From NCBI RefSeq assembly GCF_009914755.1, contig NC_060937.1: a DNA stretch of 64,000 nucleotides; one strand, 5' to 3'. A model generated the notes under the pieces. It saw only the letters and a list, made by a program, of their open reading frames with translations. It was not told where the DNA came from and made no database searches. Of this stretch, positions 56,877-64,000 are shown one piece after another. The DNA is from the human T2T-CHM13v2.0 reference genome, Homo sapiens. The position numbers were made by a program, and so were the translations under genes. Within the stretch, counting starts at the first letter, position 1; each line of letters begins with the position of its first letter.

Positions 56877-57298
56877 TATTGAATAGCCCTACTGGGTACC
56901 GGGTACCTAGCACAATTATATGACTTAAATACATTATTTCTTATCCTCACAACAACCATATACAGTAGACACTATCATTCCAGTTGTTCACATACAGGAA
57001 CTGAGGCCCAGAGAGGTTAAATATCCTGTCCAAGGACATAAACACAACTCTGAAATTAATTTATCATTATATTTGAGACACTGAGAAATCAACAAGCAAC
57101 GCTTTTACAGCATGTGCAAACACAGTTTTTATGTGACCTTTCCCAACAGAGCATTTGATAAAATTCAAGGAAATGATGTGAAAGCAGCTCAGGGCATCAA
57201 ACCCTTGGACGTGCTAAATGAGCAGGACCAGGTTTGCAGCCTTCAGGAAATCTAACTTGATAGATTGTGTCTAGGTTGGCACATTGCAAAGAACTTGA

Positions 57299-57675
<377 letters not shown>

Positions 57676-59082
57676 AAACCTGGAAGTTTTAGAAATCATG
57701 AATGCAAGAAATGGGGGCCACCATCTCTCACGAATGTTGAGAAGCCTGACGGGTGTCCTCACTGAGCATGAAGGCCGCCCCATCATTAATTCATTCACTC
57801 ATTCAGCAATTATGTCTTAAGTCTTTATGGTTTGCCAAGTTCTGTATGAGGCCCCGCATTCAAAGCAGTAAGCAAAACCCTCGAGTTCAGTGGGGGAGCC
57901 CAACAACGCACGCATCGTTTCCTTGCCAAGTATCACTGCTGCGGTGAGTGATGGCAAAACAGAGGCAAAATGACAATGCAGGTCTCTCACTTCATGGATC
58001 ACATCCTGGGATCCCAAAATCGCCACATTAATACTGATACACTGTATTTTATCTTAAAATAAGCCATGTCCAAACTGTGTACCTCTAGCTAAAATAACTA
58101 TTCCAAACTAGTCCCTGGTCTCTGTTCTTGCTGAAAGCACAGCTGTGTTTCTCCAGGTAGGATAATCGGGAAAGACGGTACAGGCTGAAATAAATTTTCT
58201 CAGGCCAGGAGAAAGGAGGCTCCAGGGACTGGCATTAGCTGAGAAAGAAAACAGAAGGGGATGGAGGATGAGAGGAGAAAAGAACCACCTGTGGGAGAAG
58301 GGATGCGTCTGGCTCCAGGTGAAGAGATGGGAATTAGGCTGGGAAACTCCCCAGCTCCTGTCTCCTTCCCTCTTTCCCCTCGCTGCCATCCCCTCCAATC
58401 CCCTCACCATACCCCATCCTGTTTGCATTACTGTCTGTTTCCACTTCACCCTCGTTCTAAATGATTTTCCAGTCGATAGAATTTCACTGGAACTCAAAAC
58501 TGCTTTGAGGAGACATGAAAAAGAGGAATAAGCAGAAGAAACAATGAGAATCCAAGGGAGATCTTTTGGGAGGGGTTTTAAACAGAAGGGATGTGATCAG
58601 AGCCCTTTCTAAACATGTGCACCTTTGTTCAGTTTGAATGTAAAGACCATATGTCTTTATTTTATGTAATTGCATATCAAGATATAAATGAATATGACTT
58701 CAGATTGAAATTCTGAAAAATCAGTATTATACCAACAAAAGTACCATAAGCTGGTTCTGAAATGTCGCTTGTTAAGCCAGAATCCTGGACGCCAATGGAT
58801 ATTGTGATCGCCACTCTGGTAGGGCTGTGGGCAGAGTGCAGGGGCACAAAGTGGAGAACCTCTGCCCAGGCTGCGGTGGGCTTCCTGGAAGGGGTGATGA
58901 CCAGAAGCTGAGATGTGAAGGATGGGAAGTTAGAGAAGAAAAGGATGTGAATGTGGAGAAGAGGTGACCTCGCACCTTTGGGTGCTGTGACTTTGATGTT
59001 GGTGCTCCAGCCACACAGGAAATGCTGCAAGCAGTGCCAGGGTGCTCCTTAGGAGGCAGTTCAGGACCCACCTCACTTTTAC

Positions 59083-60150
<1,068 letters not shown>

Positions 60151-60599
60151 CCCCACCTAACTCTTAATGGACTGCAACATACACTCTAGAAGAGATGTCT
60201 GAACAATTCTAAAAACAGACAATCCTTAGTATCCACTTCAACCCCTCAGAACATTAGCAGCACCCTAGGCACGACTGATTCCCAGCGGCAGGGTCTCTGC
60301 TGAGTCCCCTGAACCTAAATGTATGAATTAGCACTTAAGGAACTCAAAAATCAATGTCAGAGAATGCAGCTGCCGACGTTGAAGTAGGCAGTTGTTTCCT
60401 AACTCTTAAATTTCACTAATATGTTGTAACAAAGATGGAAACAAACTGCATCTTTATGGTTATAGAGGGTTCTCTTCCTCCATCACTAACATGCACTTAC
60501 AGGCTTCCCAGAAGAAATCTCCTTTCTGGGACTTTTAAGAGATAGAGAATACAGACAGACCTTGCCCCTTTGTTGGACAGATTCAAATGTTTTGCTTGT

Positions 60600-60921
<322 letters not shown>

Positions 60922-62302
60922 TTGCTTTTCTTGTATAGAAAAAAAATTCTACCTCATTGTCATTTCCAAACATACCCTCAGTTCTGCCCCTGGAAGCAAA
61001 ACAAATTGGTACTGGAAAAAATGAACAATCCTTCTGGCTTCAGGAGCCCCAATTATTTTTGGAGAGCATTTGTTGCTTATTAGAGGGACCTTGACAACAA
61101 AAGCCTCACAATTCATTACTTAACAGGAGAATACTCATCTTCCTATTGGATTTGACAAGGGGGCTATAATAAGTTCTTCTAAAAGCAAGCCCAGACCACT
61201 TAATTATAAATTGTAAATGAAGATTTTTTTAAAAATCCTTGTTTCACAGAACTTCACACATCTATGTACAAAATCAAAAGACTGTGAGTGTCTACACTGA
61301 TTTTTGTTAAGTGTAGTGCAGATTTTTATAAGGGCATTAATATTTGGTTCACAGAGAGACCAAAGAAAAATTTAAATAATTGTTGCATTATCTCTGGCAG
61401 ATTTCTCCATAAGGTGAAAGGAAATATGGAAGTGGTCAGTGTTTGGGAATGAAATCCAATTGTTCCTCATATAAAATAAGGTAATGAGAAATCCAGACCC
61501 AAAGTTCTAAGGAGAAAACGGGTACAAGTTTAGAAGGAAAAACTATCGGAGTAAATGAATGGGCATGTGGGATCCTGACATGGGGATATTGGGAAAACAG
61601 AGTAGACTGCATTTTAAGCTTATAAAGAAGGGCATATAATACAAGAAGTAAAGAGACATAAACAATTTAGCAAGAATCAGAGCAAACCATTTAGATTCTA
61701 TTTTGGCAATATGGAGGCTTGGCTATTCTCAAACCATCCCATTACAAAACACCTAAAAATGTTGGAGCCCATGAGAATGTAAGGGAGCACACAAGAGGCC
61801 AGTATCAAAGCTCAGGTGTGAATTCCGAAAGCTAAATTCTTCAAACTACCCTAAGGCTATTTGCCAATCCCCTTTAGACAGCCCTGTGGAGAAATAAAGA
61901 TAAGGCCGAGACCCATCAAACTAAAGAGTTGGAACAGAGCCCACCCACCTCCCCCGCACCCACCCACTCCCTCAACACACAATAAAGCCAGAATTCCTAA
62001 AAGTCTATTCTTAAGGTGTAAGACTGAACTAGGAAAAAAAAAAAAAAAAAGAAACAAATTTTTTTCTCTTTGGCTTTGTGTGGAGAAGGATAACAGTCTC
62101 TACTGAAAATTCATGATCACATCCCAGCCCATGATCTGCGTGATGTTGAAAGACTCAAGCCAAGGCTTCCATTTAAAGTGGATCTAGTTTGTTACTTCCC
62201 TAGGCACCTGGAAAAAAATAAATGCAAATTGTCCTTGGAAAAATGGACCTTAGTCTTCAGTAATTTTCCGTGATTAAATTTGCATGGAAAATGAGCTCTT
62301 GG

Positions 62303-62338
62303 GAGAGAGAGAGAGAGAGAGTGAGAGAGAGAGAGAGA
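62303..62338. repeat. (GA)n microsatellite
   Basis: About 18 GA units with one GT interruption. Confidence 0.97.
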
Positions 62339-62507
62339 AAGAAAACATTCTACTAGGAATAAGAATCAGTACAAGTAATGAACAGCGGAATTAGACTCCT
62401 AAATACTACAAATATGAGAACTACAAATATCAAAATGTATTAAAATTATGTTTAATATGCTGTACATTTTTAATATGTATTTTCATATTCTGAAATTCTA
62501 CTGGTTA

Positions 62508-63094
62508 TGAAGTGGCTACGCTGTCCGGAGTATATACCCTGCGGTTCGTTGTCGTACTCCGAGAAAGAATTCAGGACACAGACACACGTGGGTGAGTTAA
62601 GGAGTGGAAAATTTAACAGAAGAAAGGAGAGAGGAGAGCAGCTCCTTGCGAAAGAGAGAGATGTCCGAAAAGGCGGGAGGTGGTGGACTGTATCAGATTT
62701 TATAGGCAGTCTGGAGAAGGTGGCATCTGATTTACACAGGGCTCACAGATTGGTTTGATCAAGTATGATGTCTACATAGTGTATGGGGAAGGCTGGTCGC
62801 CCCACCCTAATCTTCTTATGCAAATGGGCTTTCTAGTTGATCAGTGCCATCTTGTCTGCTCCTTTACAGTACAGGTGGCTGGCAGAGAAGAGAAGATGGA
62901 GCTGCCATCTTGAACATGTCTAATCCTTAGTTCCCATTGACATTCACCCACACAAGCTCCTAGCTCGCAGGCTGTTCTTAGTTAGAAAATGATTTGGGGC
63001 TGCTTTTTATTAAAAAAAAATAAAATAAAAGCCTTACAGAGGACTCTCATACCCTTGGTATCTGCTAAGTTATTCTTTCTTAACTTCTATATCA
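62508..63094 (-). mobile_element. ERV1 (MER4-group-like) solo LTR, 587 bp, 4-bp TSD GTTA
   Basis: TGA...TCA termini, GTTA at 62504-62507 and 63095-63098; exact family not certain. Confidence 0.85.
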
Positions 63095-63473
63095 GTTATT
63101 TTTAAGGAAAGGAAAACAAGAAAAGAGAATTAATATAAAAGTAAATTTAAAATGAATATAAAAGAATGAATTTAAAACAAATATAAAAGAATGCATATAA
63201 AATTAATATAAAAGAGTAAATATTAGAAAAAAGAAGAATACACCATCTCAAAAGACCAGGCTGATTTCAAAACTAACCAAAGCAAACTTCAGAAAATAAA
63301 ATATGCAATTTCTCCCCTGGGCTGATAGCAAGAATGGCATTAGATTTTGTTTTTACTTTACTCATTTTAAAAAAGTAAAAGAAAGGCTCTAAAGAGTTCA
63401 AATACAAAATATCTTTTCTTGGGACTTTGTTCATTTTAAGGTGGTTGATCCAATGAGGAAAAGGGCTCAGGTC

Positions 63474-63982
63474 TGTGATGTTAATATTGTGTCAACTTGA
63501 CTGTACTGAAGGATGCAAAGTATTGTTCCTGGGTGTGTCTGTGAGGGTGTTGCCAAAGGAGATTAACATTTGAGTCAGTGGAGTGGGAGAGGCAGACCCA
63601 ACCTCAATCTGTGTGGGCACCATCTAATCAGCTGCCAGCGTGGCTAGGATAAAGCAGGCACAAGAAGATGAAAGAGCAGACTTGCTGAGTCTTCCAGCCT
63701 CCATCTTTCTCCCGTGCTGGATGCTAGGAAGCCCTCAAACATCAGACTCCAAGTGCTTCAGCTTTTGGACTCTTGTATTTATAACAGTGATTTACCAGGG
63801 GCTCCTGGGGCCTTTGGCCACAGATTGAAGGCTTCCCTACTTCTGAGGTTTTGGGACTCGGACTGATCCACCACTGGCTTCCTTGCTCCTCAGCTTGCTA
63901 ACGGCCTACTGTGGGACTTTACCTTGTGATCGTGTGAGTCAGTTCTCCTTAAGAAGCTCCCTTTCATGTATACGTCTATCCT
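63474..63982 (+). mobile_element. MLT2A (HERV-L) LTR, cut by an Alu starting at the window edge
   Basis: 'tgtgatgttaatattg..tgtcaacttga...gaaggatgcaaagtattgttcctgggtgtgtctgtgagggtgttgccaaaggagattaacatttgagtcagtgg'. Confidence 0.9.
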
Positions 63983-64000
63983 CGGCTGAGTGCAGTGGCT

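Noticed and set aside
61690-63320. Possible old L1 5'/ORF1 fragments around the ERV1 LTR
   Set aside because: Too diverged to call or delimit by eye

Overview
Primate (most likely human) genomic DNA containing the 3' end of neurobeachin (NBEA) on the + strand, followed by ~17 kb of repeat-rich intergenic DNA. Ten core coding exons (2428-45328) with GT-AG junctions and consistent phases, plus one 63-nt in-frame cassette exon (20216-20278), splice to 1455 nt (484 aa + stop). They encode the end of the BEACH domain and the C-terminal WD40 repeats (...HYEHQNRY*). A ~1.7 kb 3'UTR ends after AATAAA at 47052. The rest is Alu, L1, MIR/L2, MER DNA transposons and solo LTRs; nearly all ORFs in the six-frame track are repeat-derived or random. 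No prokaryotic-type system is present and I cannot claim a new biological system. The best leads are: the RBFOX/NOVA-flanked cassette exon, two candidate cryptic exons (a 35-nt poison exon and a 21/15/6-nt in-frame microexon), a dense TGACAG (MEIS-type) cluster, a tail-less Alu sharing rare diagnostic changes with a neighbouring Alu, closely spaced inverted Alus and intact solo LTRs. Repeat subfamily names are from recalled consensus sequences and repeat boundaries are approximate unless a TSD is given.
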